Virus record (IMG/VR): IMGVR_UViG_3300046616_000188
DNA from: a virus
Reading direction: 5' to 3' (one strand)
DNA: 64,000 nucleotides
Shown: positions 47,964-58,010 of the stretch, in pieces
Position numbering within the stretch: the first letter of the stretch is position 1
How the letters are laid out: the number at the start of each line of letters is the position of its first letter
Position numbers and translations under genes: made by a program
Notes under the pieces: generated by a model
Databases searched by the model: none
What the model was told of the DNA's origin: nothing
The model's input: the letters and a program-made list of their open reading frames with translations, nothing else

Positions 47964-48413
47964 TTAAACACTCTTCACCTTCCCGTTCCAAAAATCTATC
48001 AATTCAGTTACCTTGGTACGCCTAATTGAACTATTAATCATGCCACAGCATCTCAAATACCACGACTCAGCGCTCATTGGAGGTGCGCCGACCCAACTCC
48101 CGACAAACTGAAGCTCAGGAGATTTTTTGCAAAACGGGCATGGCAAGACTTCATAACCTGCGACCTCGATGCAGGCATAATCCCTAGTCCCTAGTTTTCT
48201 GTCCCGTTCGCCCAAGCTTAATATTTTGTATCGTACATCTTTTGGAACCGTGACCCGAAATCCGTCCCAATGATCAAACTCAGGGCTGAGTACATTCGCA
48301 TATCCAGCCCCTCTGACGCGATTCTTGGCCAAGAACGACAGGTTGCCGATGTTCCAACGATAAACGCCTTCAGGGAGAGAATTTACGCCTTGATAGGGGA
48401 GGTAATCATCCAT
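47964..48413 (-). CDS. Protein with C-terminal Lar-like Zn finger
   Basis: LPCPFC...WYLRCCG. Confidence 0.5.
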   Translation of the reverse strand: MDDYLPYQGVNSLPEGVYRWNIGNLSFLAKNRVRGAGYANVLSPEFDHWDGFRVTVPKDVRYKILSLGERDRKLGTRDYACIEVAGYEVLPCPFCKKSPELQFVGSWVGAPPMSAESWYLRCCGMINSSIRRTKVTELIDFWNGKVKSV

Positions 48414-50838
48414 TCGCGGCACACTCTGCCTTAACTTCATCGAACAACGGCCCGCCGATGAGATGGACCGTTGTCCCGCCGTGGGCAAAGCCACTACTCG
48501 TAGCGTCGGACGAAACAAATTCGTAACCCCAACTATCTACGACTAGGTCATCCTCTTCCTGTGTCACGCCTAGGGCACACTGAATCGAGATACACTGAGC
48601 CCATGACACAGTCCTATCGTGAGCCTCGGAAGAATATAGGCCGGGGAAAACGAAACGGTTTCCCCTCTTATCAACGAACACTGGAAATTTGAACATTCAA
48701 AACCCTTTCTCTTTAAGTGAGTCTCTTACCGCCTCAACCAACGTATCACCTATTCCTAATTGGTTCAGGTGTTTCGCCGTAACTACGAATTGATCCTGCT
48801 CCTCCCATATCACGAAGGAGCCTTGATCTTGGCTTAACTCAACGATGCAGCCGTTGACAACATCTAGATTGACATACTTCCCGAACATGTTATCCCGCGC
48901 TTCTTCATACACCGATTCGACCATTTCTGGTACGGTTACATAAGAATCATTGTTCCGCATCTCGTAGCACTCCTCTAGCTATTCGAGACTGTACCAACCA
49001 TTACGTTCAACCAACGTTCCGTAGCGGCCAAGGTTCCACTCATAGTGGCCAATATCTATCAGGACCGGATCGGGAAGATCATCGACGGTGAGACCAGCCC
49101 TCCCCAAATCAGCCATGAATTGAAGGTTCGAGTGCAGCCCCGATTTGTTCCTGATGCTGATGAATTTTTTAATTTTTGCGGTAGAAATTGACATTACGCC
49201 GCTCCCTTTGCGTTATCCAATGCCTCGAAAATTTCATCCATCTGCCTCTCGAAATGCTCACCATCGAACGCGTCGATCAATGTATCAAGATCACTATCAA
49301 CCGACTCCATGTCATTGATAGAATTTTGAGACGCTTCGCCCCGTTCACTGTTTTGCAGGCTTTCGGGCATATTATTGTATGCCTCACTCTCAGCGTCATT
49401 AATTTCTTGAAGCTCTGTCCTGATTTCATCCAACTCATCGTGGATGAAAGTGATATGATCTACGTGTTCTTTCAGCGCAGCGATGCGATCCTGAAGTTTA
49501 TCCAGTGCGGCGCGACGTTCCTTGTTCATAACAATCTCCTTCATATTGATGATGAAATCAATTTATCTCAATGTAAGGAAATGTCAAGTCCAAAGAGAGG
49601 TTCTTATTTTAACAAGACGAATAAGCATTTCATCCTCTTCTCTGTTAATTTTCTCTTCCAGAACGCCAAGTTCCTTATACAATTCCTCAACGTTATTCGT
49701 TCCGGTATAAGGAGAAAGACGCATCACATGCCCCTCTGTCTCAAATTTTCGCTTGCCGTAAATTTCGCTCATAAGCTCTTCGCGGCGCTTATGATCAGCT
49801 GGTCTAACTTCGTTCCACCAACGATACAACGTAGCAGCTTCAAACTCAGATTTACCCTGACCTGTCTCAACACCCAAGTCATCGGCCCAACGCTCAAGAT
49901 CATCCACACCGTCACGCTCCTCATCAACATATCGATCAAGGAGCTTGAACATGCCATGAAGCATGACTGTGTCAATATCGTAATATCCCGGCGCTAGATC
50001 GGTTCTGATCATGTGATATTGATGCCCGCTGTCGTAGCGATACCTGACCCACCACTTGGCACGATGCAAGATACGGTAAAATTTCCAACCCGGAACTATC
50101 AGGAATTTGTGCCACCATTTATCCCTGTTCTCACCATAAATCGAAACCCCGAAAAAACAGGACATAGAGCCGGTACAATTAAACCACATCAAATTTCACC
50201 TCCGCTACCTGCCTAGCCAATTGCTTCACCGCTGTCATGAATTCGTTCCGCTGCTCATCCCTGCCATGACTGAATTCCGTGTCAATGGTATGGCAAAAAT
50301 CTTCAACACTGAGACTACCATCCCCGATCCGACGCAACTCATCGCTGATCCATTGGCTCAAGGCGTGGCCCCATGGAACAAGATTTTCAGTTGATGCCAT
50401 TCATTCAGACTCCGACAAGAAGCTAGCAAGTTCATTGAACAAATTAGCAGTTTCTGTCAGCGTTTTAACGTCCCACTTTCTATTGTCGCGGATCATAATC
50501 GTCAATGGATCGACGGAACAGATTTCAACCACGCCATACGTTCCGGGCTCAATGTGTCTCGTTGTCACGGTTTTCTCAAGAATTGGAGATTTGTAGTAAG
50601 AGAAAGCATTATTATTACCCTTCTCCACTATCTCAAAGTCATCGATGTGATAGCTGTGAGGATCGGCATGGTTACTAGAAACTTGGTATCCCGAATCATC
50701 AAACAGATTCATACGATCATTGGAAATACCTTTAACGGTGTAGGTCGTATCCCTACGAACGTTATAATATTGGTCTCTGTATTTTGTAAAATCCAGCTGA
50801 ACCTTATCACCTACTTCAATCTTTGTCATGTCCAGCAA
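48406..50838 (-). other. Hypothetical genes (48406-48696, 48697-48960, 48979-49194, 49194-49544, 49584-50192, 50179-50400, 50401-50838)
   Basis: Coupled ORFs; 49194-49544 carries a YNNMPESLQ.SERGE motif. Confidence 0.65.
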
Positions 50839-50975
50839 CCTTTCTGCAAATCTTTAAAATTAATTCAACCTTTTCCGTTTCGCCCCGCTCCATGGCCCAC
50901 ATCAATTTATCAGTGATAGAGCCGGGAAGGTTTTGGATCGCGGGACGTGAATTAGTTTGTCTCCCTGTAAGCAAC

Positions 50976-51440
50976 TTAAATCCTCCTACCATCTGGTTTC
51001 AACCTAACACCCTCATCCGAACCGTCGCAAGGGTGATGACCCTTCGTGGCGAAATACTTATCCCGCTTAATGATTTTCCCACCTACGAGAAAGCCCCAAC
51101 GCTGAATCGGAGCACCAGTGATAAGGAAGGTCCACGTATTGGGACGAACGTTTTGGACCGAATGCATATGCTCAGCGGGACGATATCTAATCATCCCGGC
51201 CCGCATCTTCTCAACGTCTTTGACCAGAACCGCGCCGTCATCGACGTAATAGGTCACATCGACATATCCGCCCCACAAAACGAAAGTAATGAACCAGTAT
51301 GGATGGTTATGAGGAGCGCGATGATCATCATCTCCTAGCCAGTTATGAAGCCTTACGCTCCACTTTTTAAAGATTATGGCCCATAGTCGGAAGTATGGAC
51401 ATTCTGGCAGTCCACCGGCGCGATTCCAAATCAGCTTCAC
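50976..51440 (-). CDS. Cupin-fold protein
   Basis: LHNW...DD.RAPHNHPY.F...VL.GGY...HMHSV. Confidence 0.75.
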   Translation of the reverse strand: MKLIWNRAGGLPECPYFRLWAIIFKKWSVRLHNWLGDDDHRAPHNHPYWFITFVLWGGYVDVTYYVDDGAVLVKDVEKMRAGMIRYRPAEHMHSVQNVRPNTWTFLITGAPIQRWGFLVGGKIIKRDKYFATKGHHPCDGSDEGVRLKPDGRRI

Positions 51441-51661
51441 GTATTTTCTCCCCAGCCATGAAAGTACCAAACGACCTTTGTCGTAACGTGCCTCCGAACA
51501 TTCAATTGAATCTCGTTACACGATGCTTCATACACCGCGTTGATAACTACGTATATGTCTTCGCCATGTCGGACCAAATCATCACGAGACGGAACGGCGG
51601 GAAGATTAACGAACATGTCGTCACAGTCTTCATCGTTAACATTTAAACGAAAATTAATCAT
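51437..51661 (-). CDS. Hypothetical protein
   Basis: 74 aa, coupled. Confidence 0.55.
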   Translation of the reverse strand: MINFRLNVNDEDCDDMFVNLPAVPSRDDLVRHGEDIYVVINAVYEASCNEIQLNVRRHVTTKVVWYFHGWGENT

Positions 51662-52269
51662 ACTTTATCCCCTTTGTCCCAAACGATTATCACAGATTCA
51701 ATGTATTCATCATTAAGGCTAAACGTATCTCGTGGCAAGTAATATTTTCTTACATCGGGGAGGAAACTTGAAATTTCATCGGCATATCTGACATGGATCA
51801 GTGCGACGAGTCTTCCACCTTCTCTGAGCAGAGCAGCAGCTTTCTCGATATGCGTGACGCAGTTCTTGTGAGGCGGATTCATGACGACGCGGTCAAACAA
51901 CACGCCGCAAAAATCGTGAAGCAGGAAATCCCTGTTGAGACAAGTAACGTGCTCGCCATAAAACGCGCTCAATCTGTCATAATTTCTTTTGTTAAGCTCA
52001 ACAGCCGTAACGGCATGGTTCCATGACAAATGTTCCACGATAGCGCCAGTTCCAGCGCTTGGTTCAAGAACATTATGACGTGGCATGATACCTGCCAGCG
52101 CAATCATATCTTCGGCTAACCATCTAGGAGTATTGGTCGCTGGAAGATTGGTGCGAAATTTGGTCCGGTGGGATAGGTTCGAACTACCGACACCTGCGTT
52201 TTCATCCCTTGTCCCTGTCGTGTCCTGATAGACGTTACTCAGTTCTTTTCTTGGATCAGCTTCACCCAT
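51658..52269 (-). CDS. SAM-dependent amino-methyltransferase (probable DNA N6-adenine MTase)
   Basis: VLEPSAGTGAI (motif I), AVEL, FDRVVMNPPH (motif IV). Confidence 0.82.
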   Translation of the reverse strand: MGEADPRKELSNVYQDTTGTRDENAGVGSSNLSHRTKFRTNLPATNTPRWLAEDMIALAGIMPRHNVLEPSAGTGAIVEHLSWNHAVTAVELNKRNYDRLSAFYGEHVTCLNRDFLLHDFCGVLFDRVVMNPPHKNCVTHIEKAAALLREGGRLVALIHVRYADEISSFLPDVRKYYLPRDTFSLNDEYIESVIIVWDKGDKV

Positions 52270-52351
52270 TACTTGGTTCCTTTCGATCTAGCATTTCCTT
52301 CTAGTTCATTTGATAATCTAGGACGGATCAGGACTTCAATTATCAAACGGG

Positions 52352-52383
52352 CCGCAGTGCTCTACCAACTGAGCTACCACCAG
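52352..52383 (-). pseudogene. 5' half of a tRNA (acceptor strand plus D arm) in the MTase leader
   Basis: CTGGTGG-TA-GCTC-AGTTGGTA-GAGC-A; no T arm or 3' acceptor strand follows. Confidence 0.6.
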
Positions 52384-52432
52384 ATTAAAGACGACTTAGT
52401 TTCGCCGTCTCATGATTATTTATATAATCTCT

Positions 52433-52699
52433 TTATTCCGTTTCGTCAAGCAGTTTTTTCTCTTTCTCTGCTTTTCTTTTCTGAACCTGTGCCGATAAAA
52501 TTTTACTAATGATCCTTGAATTATCTTCAAGGCTTTTGGGGCATTTTTGATTGATCCAGACCGCATATTCGTTCATTGGATAAGGCGTTCCATCTTCATA
52601 GACCACACCATCAGCAATGTTATTTTCAAGGCAGAAGAGTCGAAATTCATCGATTCGGAGAACTTCTCCATATGTCACGTGAAGTTCGTTATTAGCCAT
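52433..52699 (-). CDS. Hypothetical protein
   Basis: 88 aa, coupled. Confidence 0.6.
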   Translation of the reverse strand: MANNELHVTYGEVLRIDEFRLFCLENNIADGVVYEDGTPYPMNEYAVWINQKCPKSLEDNSRIISKILSAQVQKRKAEKEKKLLDETE

Positions 52700-53336
52700 T
52701 GATGTGCTCCACCGCTACGCCGAGATAATCCTTGTAGATATCACGAGTCGCTTGAGTCGAGCCGTCGTCATGAGTTATCATCAAGCTAACATAATTACTA
52801 AATTTGGCCATAATATTTTCCGGCCCTTCGATAACAAGCTTTAGAATTCTAGCCACTGCACCTTCTGGTGTGTTATCCACATCGGCCCATTCCATGCTGA
52901 ACAAGAAGGACCAGGGATTGGAAAATGTTGTTAGACCAAATGTCTCGAAACTGTAGGTTTCCCAATCCATGTGACGTGTCAGCTTGCCAACGCCGTGATA
53001 CGCCGCAGTGCCAATGGCGCAGCATGACGTGCCACAAACATTGACTTCCTTGAGTGACTTAACAGCGGCGGGAAGCGAGACGTTTCGACAACCATCAACG
53101 TTATCCAGTACGATCTTGGGATATCGCGCGTCATTTTCATATAGACTATCCAGCACCGCATAAGTAGACATGTCAAAAGCGGGCGGCGGACTGTTTTGAA
53201 TCACAGCGGCCATGTCAATCAGATTTTTAATCTGCTTCAGCGTGGGCTTATAATATTCTACCGTGTTAGGATCACCGAACGCATCGGGAACCTTGAACGA
53301 AACGCCGCGATACGTGTAAACCTTCTTCTTAGTCAT
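52692..53336 (-). CDS. Hypothetical protein (CGT..CAIG motif)
   Basis: AFDMSTY...CGTSCCAIG; resembles 46661-47047. Confidence 0.65.
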   Translation of the reverse strand: MTKKKVYTYRGVSFKVPDAFGDPNTVEYYKPTLKQIKNLIDMAAVIQNSPPPAFDMSTYAVLDSLYENDARYPKIVLDNVDGCRNVSLPAAVKSLKEVNVCGTSCCAIGTAAYHGVGKLTRHMDWETYSFETFGLTTFSNPWSFLFSMEWADVDNTPEGAVARILKLVIEGPENIMAKFSNYVSLMITHDDGSTQATRDIYKDYLGVAVEHING

Positions 53337-53737
53337 AACAAACCTCCTTCTTCTTGCATGTCTCGGATCAAAGCAGCTTTCATGACAGGGTCTTGAATTG
53401 CTTCGATGCGTTCTCGTTGCACCTTAGCATATGCGCGGGCCTCGTCAATCACTTTGTCTCGCATTTCCTTGAGATGAGGCGGCATTTCATAAGGCTTAGA
53501 GCTTTTAAGGATAGGTTTTGGAACTTCAACAGTCATGGGATAGGCTTCAATAACGACGTATTGCCCGTTAGGACCACCAGCGACCCACTCAATCAGTTCG
53601 TCATAGGTCTTAATAAAATAATTGACGGCATTATCGCCGTTCCACCATCCATCACCGTCACATCCAATGCCATGATCGAATTTAATGACGGCGTAATGTT
53701 TTTCTCTCGGGAAATCAGCGTAATTTACTTTGGACAT
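53333..53737 (-). CDS. Hypothetical protein
   Basis: 134 aa, coupled. Confidence 0.6.
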   Translation of the reverse strand: MSKVNYADFPREKHYAVIKFDHGIGCDGDGWWNGDNAVNYFIKTYDELIEWVAGGPNGQYVVIEAYPMTVEVPKPILKSSKPYEMPPHLKEMRDKVIDEARAYAKVQRERIEAIQDPVMKAALIRDMQEEGGLL

Positions 53738-54096
53738 TACAGCGGAACCACTAGATCATAATCCTTGGCATATTCTTCAAGTTTATCCCGCATATCTTCA
53801 GGGCTAGTTGCTGAGTCATGAGATGATTGAAGTTCCCTAATGAAAATTATTACGTCGCCAGAGAAATTAGTATTGAAGTAATCTACACCATAAACATTAC
53901 TACCTTCAAAGCCACTGTCATAACTGCTATCGGGAAGAATATGTCCAGCGGCACACCGACAATCGAAAGCGCCGCGATATCTACAGTCCACAGTGTTTTC
54001 CCACATCGTAGCGACACGGTCGTCAGCGACAGATTTAATAAAACCTTGACCCTTTAGTCCTAGATACGCCTTGTCAAAAATTTCTTGCATCGTCAT
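53737..54096 (-). CDS. Hypothetical protein (paralog of 54409-54783)
   Basis: MTMQEIFDKAYLGLKGQGF...CRYR...CAAG...ELQ..HD. Confidence 0.7.
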   Translation of the reverse strand: MTMQEIFDKAYLGLKGQGFIKSVADDRVATMWENTVDCRYRGAFDCRCAAGHILPDSSYDSGFEGSNVYGVDYFNTNFSGDVIIFIRELQSSHDSATSPEDMRDKLEEYAKDYDLVVPL

Positions 54097-54461
54097 TAAA
54101 TCATCTCCATCCATTGTGTCACATCATCTAGTTCTAATTGAAATTGGTCATCTAGGCAGACCCAGCACCAACCCTCGTATTCAGCGGGCGAGATAGGTGT
54201 ATCCTCGGTCCAGCCACCCATGTCCCAATGACCAGACACTACGCCTGTTTTAGTTTTTAAAAGATATTCCCTGCCATCGAAGGGCGCACCATGTGGGAGC
54301 AAAATTTTATGTCTCGTCTCGTCATAGCCGTAACTAACATCGTTCCACGACAGCGCAGCTTCCATAGCTTCGATAAACCCCGGTCCCGGCCCGATGCGAT
54401 CCTTGTGTCTAACTTTCCACGCCGCCCAAGCCTTGGCAATCATTATAGTAGATATTGTCAT
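54096..54461 (-). CDS. DUF551-like phage protein
   Basis: APFDGREYLL...W...VTQWM. Confidence 0.5.
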   Translation of the reverse strand: MTISTIMIAKAWAAWKVRHKDRIGPGPGFIEAMEAALSWNDVSYGYDETRHKILLPHGAPFDGREYLLKTKTGVVSGHWDMGGWTEDTPISPAEYEGWCWVCLDDQFQLELDDVTQWMEMI

Positions 54462-54783
54462 CTGGTATCCTTAATCCGTGCTCACAGCCCAATTTCTGCA
54501 ACCGCCATCGCATCTCTTCAATCATCATTGATTCGTCGTGGAGGTATTGAAGTTCATCAATGAAATCAAGGTGTTCGTGATTGGCAAAGAAAGATAATTC
54601 ATGAATTGTGAGGCCTTCCATTTTACGAGCGTTATATTCTTGATCAGGTATGAGCCAGCCAGCGGTACACTTTAATTTTTTCCTCTTATTTCTGTACCGA
54701 CAGTCAAAACCTTTAACGCTCTGCCTAAACCCTTGACTTTTCATCCCGAGATAAACGGTGTCGAATATTTCTTGCTTAGTCAT
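54409..54783 (-). CDS. Hypothetical protein (paralog of 53737-54096)
   Basis: MTKQEIFDTVYLGMKSQGF...CRYR...CTAG...ELQ..HD. Confidence 0.7.
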   Translation of the reverse strand: MTKQEIFDTVYLGMKSQGFRQSVKGFDCRYRNKRKKLKCTAGWLIPDQEYNARKMEGLTIHELSFFANHEHLDFIDELQYLHDESMMIEEMRWRLQKLGCEHGLRIPDDNIYYNDCQGLGGVES

Positions 54784-55212
54784 TTAAACAAACTGACACG
54801 TTTCGTAATTAAAGCGGAGCATTTTCTCGCCTGTGGTATAACGGCGAGTTTTGCGATCAAATCCAATGAAATCATAAAAATCATAGAGAGTGCCAACGTC
54901 GTCAACAACTTCAAAACTAACTTCAAGGCCGTCATTTATGTATTTTTTCCAAATTTCCAATTCATTAAGATCGAATTTAATTTGAAAGGATCGAATATTC
55001 GTAACATTGGGGCGCGGCGTGCTTAATTTTTTATTTCCGCCACGGCCTGCGGTAAAAAATGCGTTTAGGCTTGTCGTCATGCGGTAAAAGTGCTGACCCG
55101 GAACGGTAAAGCCGATATATCTTAGGTCACCAAGCTCACCAAAAGTGTGCTCGCTGGCGTAATATTTGCGATCAGGCATCATCAGTCGCAATATCCCATG
55201 TAATAGGCCCAC
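54784..55212 (-). CDS. Hypothetical protein
   Basis: 142 aa ORF; start uncertain. Confidence 0.55.
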   Translation of the reverse strand: MGLLHGILRLMMPDRKYYASEHTFGELGDLRYIGFTVPGQHFYRMTTSLNAFFTAGRGGNKKLSTPRPNVTNIRSFQIKFDLNELEIWKKYINDGLEVSFEVVDDVGTLYDFYDFIGFDRKTRRYTTGEKMLRFNYETCQFV

Positions 55213-55332
55213 GTCACGTTCTTACCGTAGAAAATTGATTTGGCAAAGCCACAATGATAAGAGGCTTTACCCTGAGCGTATAAGCCAAAACCGGCTAAAA
55301 CAATAAAAACAAAAATTCCTAAAATGTACAAA

Positions 55333-56214
55333 CTACTTTTCATAGGGTTTAATAATCCCTTCTGCTAATGCGGTTTTGAACCGGTCCACATAATCGTCTC
55401 GGTACATGTTTAACACTTTAAAGTAGTTTTCCCAAGCGTACTCGCGCCACCATCCCGACGCGATACTGGTGCAAACCTTCTCCAGCGCCATCGTAAATGA
55501 CTTAAACGGGTCTGGCTCAAAGTTGAACGGGATTTGGCTACGCTCTAGCGCAAGAGTCAGGCTCTCCTCTAGAACTGTAGCTAGCTTAACTTCTTCCGGC
55601 TGAGCCATGAATTTTTGCTTGGAGCAGAACACTTCAGCCGTGTCTTCCTTAATTAATTCAAACGCGGGTGTGCTGAAAGTTTTTACAGATTCATGAATCG
55701 TGTCATGGTCGTAGATGTAAGGAACTTCGTCATTGCTGAAGAAAGTATCTTTGTTCCTACGAAGACTTGGATGTGAGTAATCGTAAGTCACTTTGGCACG
55801 ACGCTTTACCCAATCCGTGAGGAAGTCATTTAGAACTGCGCCCTTACCTCTGAGATAATTAATATCATTCATTGTCTTCAGGAAGTGAGGGCTGTTCTTT
55901 AAATATCTGTGAGACAGCTTGAGCGCGAGCAGGACAGGAGGTGTTGCGACGATATGCCCTGTGTCAAGCCTAACGCTCATGTCGTAGTCTTGGTCAGCCG
56001 CGAACAGCAGTTCTTGTCCTGTCTCGGAGATATCGAATTCGATTGGATCAGAGCCCTGCATGAACACAGTCTCTCCAAACCTTGTCGGCTTAGTTAGAAC
56101 GATTTTATCCTTGTTAATTTCTTTAAAAAGTTCCAATTCGCCGGGAGTAGCGATATAATCAATATCGCTAGGTTCCCGACCCATGTCAAACGCGCCTGAT
56201 CCAATCAGCATCAT
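55333..56214 (-). CDS. Pol-beta-like nucleotidyltransferase-fold protein with helical C-terminal domain
   Basis: LIGSGA...SDIDYI (GS...DxD); LKLSHRY, YDHDTIH. Confidence 0.65.
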   Translation of the reverse strand: MMLIGSGAFDMGREPSDIDYIATPGELELFKEINKDKIVLTKPTRFGETVFMQGSDPIEFDISETGQELLFAADQDYDMSVRLDTGHIVATPPVLLALKLSHRYLKNSPHFLKTMNDINYLRGKGAVLNDFLTDWVKRRAKVTYDYSHPSLRRNKDTFFSNDEVPYIYDHDTIHESVKTFSTPAFELIKEDTAEVFCSKQKFMAQPEEVKLATVLEESLTLALERSQIPFNFEPDPFKSFTMALEKVCTSIASGWWREYAWENYFKVLNMYRDDYVDRFKTALAEGIIKPYEK

Positions 56215-56225
56215 TGTCGTATTCC

Positions 56226-56366
56226 TTACCAGCAATTAGAGCTTTCCCAAGCTTCCCAATCATCATCGATTTCAGCATTATCAATTGCTTCAGCGATTTG
56301 GACGCGCTGCTCTTCAGTTAGCTCTGTGCCGGAACGGAGTAGTTCAAGTGCTTCAGTCTTTGTCAT
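56226..56366 (-). CDS. 46-aa acidic peptide ending WESSNCW
   Basis: Read manually with SD AAAGGA; partial paralog of 56394-56684. Confidence 0.65.
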   Translation of the reverse strand: MTKTEALELLRSGTELTEEQRVQIAEAIDNAEIDDDWEAWESSNCW

Positions 56367-56393
56367 AATATTTTTCCTTTTAATAAGTTAAAG

Positions 56394-56684
56394 TTAGCAG
56401 CTATGCGACGATGAAACCCAACCACTGGAGCGATAGTAGTTATCGTCATCCTCGTCAATGATTTTTGCGATATTTGTACGCTCTTCCTTGGATAATTCCT
56501 TACCAGAGCGCAGCAGTTCCAAAGCGGTATCCTTAGACATCTTCTTAGGATAATAAGTTCCACCCATACCATAGGAAACATCAAAATCAAATGATTCACC
56601 GGTACTGTCTGCGATAGCTTCCGCCTCTGCAATCAATGCGTAGGCCTGAGTGATTAATGCATCAATTTCTTTATTCGACATCAA
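56394..56684 (-). CDS. Small acidic protein ending GWVSSSHSC
   Basis: AYALIAEAEAIAD..GESF.FDVSYGMGGTY ... GW.SSS..C. Confidence 0.7.
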   Translation of the reverse strand: MMSNKEIDALITQAYALIAEAEAIADSTGESFDFDVSYGMGGTYYPKKMSKDTALELLRSGKELSKEERTNIAKIIDEDDDNYYRSSGWVSSSHSC

Positions 56685-57661
56685 ATAATTCTTTCATAAC
56701 TTTTAAAACATCTTCTCTCGGATACTCAGCGATTATCGCGTCATAATCCATCATGTCGTCCACCCTGTCTTCAAGGGAATATGATAGGAGCACGGCTTCA
56801 TAACCATTTTCGCAAGCATTATTCCATGAATCTTTTACTAATTCTAATAAAGTCATAAATTATTCCGTATCAAAACATTGTTCACATAAAATTTTACCAG
56901 TAAGTTCCATTACTTCGACCTGAGAACTTTCTATCCAATATCCACAATCGGAACAGCACTCAATGCTGGGACGGCAGTTCAAAAGCTCGTCTTCCCAATC
57001 AATACCTTCGTCAAGATCAAGGGCGTAGCAGGCCTGAGTAATGGTGTTACAAGTGCCTTCTAGAAAGCTGGCCATCAGTTCCCTATCATCACTCAGCGCC
57101 ATGATTTTCCGCCCCGCGATAGGCCAGAGCTTTTTCTTGCTGTTCCGGTGTCAATGTGGCCCAAAAACCCGATGGCTCCTCGGTGCCTCTCATGATGATG
57201 GCAATCATGTCATCCCTGATGCGACCGCTGCAATAGGTTCTGATCAAGAGCCACAGGTCAGGTATGGTGAGCTTATCCAGTTCTTTTGGGCTGATTTTCC
57301 CATCTAGACCGATGATGACACGCTTACCGCCAATGGCGATGGTATGGCCCCAATAAATTTTCTTGAACGCCATGATGTATCACCAGCTACCTTTTTTACC
57401 AGTTAGCTTTTCGACGGCGTATTCCTTCCGTGCCTCGTCGTTGGCAGTGATGGAACACACCTCGTTTACTTCATATGACAACATCTGCTTCTTATACTTG
57501 GGAAGCTCTGTGACGCAGTTGTCAAAGATGTGTTTAGCAATTGCTGCTGTTCTACCCGCCTCGGTCTGAGGCAGACCCAAGCTGTCGCGGAAAATGTAGG
57601 CCGCAGAGATAAGCAGTGGTACAGCAAAAACAAGAAAAGGCACAATGGTTCTTCTGTTCAT
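56671..57661 (-). other. Small hypothetical genes (56671-56856, 56860-57102 Zn finger, 57089-57373, 57380-57661 with N-terminal TM)
   Basis: Coupled ORFs; CSDCG/CEQC in 56860-57102. Confidence 0.6.
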
Positions 57662-57662
57662 T

Positions 57663-58010
57663 TTAAGTCCTCCTATGGTGATTCAAAAATTCCATAGGAT
57701 TACTAAACACACTTTCCCTATCAGTGTCAAGTATTAAAATACTCGGATCGCGAGGATTTTTACAAACGTTCTTCCTATAAATAGCAAGACCAGCACACTG
57801 CTTGGTCAAAAGAGTGTGACATTCAACCAAGGATTCTCCATGAGCTATAGTGACCCATTGTTCCGGCGTGGCGCTACCGAGCCAACCTGATAGAGCGTTA
57901 CGGCTCCATGGGCAGTCGCTGCAAGGCTTCTTATGCTGAACCTTGCCAACGACCGCTTCGTCCGAAGATATGAGTTGACGATCAATATTCATTGATCTGT
58001 CGGTGTCCAA
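57663..58010 (-). CDS. DUF6283-like Cys-rich protein
   Basis: KPCSDCPW...ECH...CAG. Confidence 0.6.
   Translation of the reverse strand: MDTDRSMNIDRQLISSDEAVVGKVQHKKPCSDCPWSRNALSGWLGSATPEQWVTIAHGESLVECHTLLTKQCAGLAIYRKNVCKNPRDPSILILDTDRESVFSNPMEFLNHHRRT

Noticed and set aside
49188-49997. 269-aa ORF and the many other long antisense or alternate-frame ORFs in the track
   Set aside because: They overlap better-supported genes with SDs and coupling; compositions look like shadow frames
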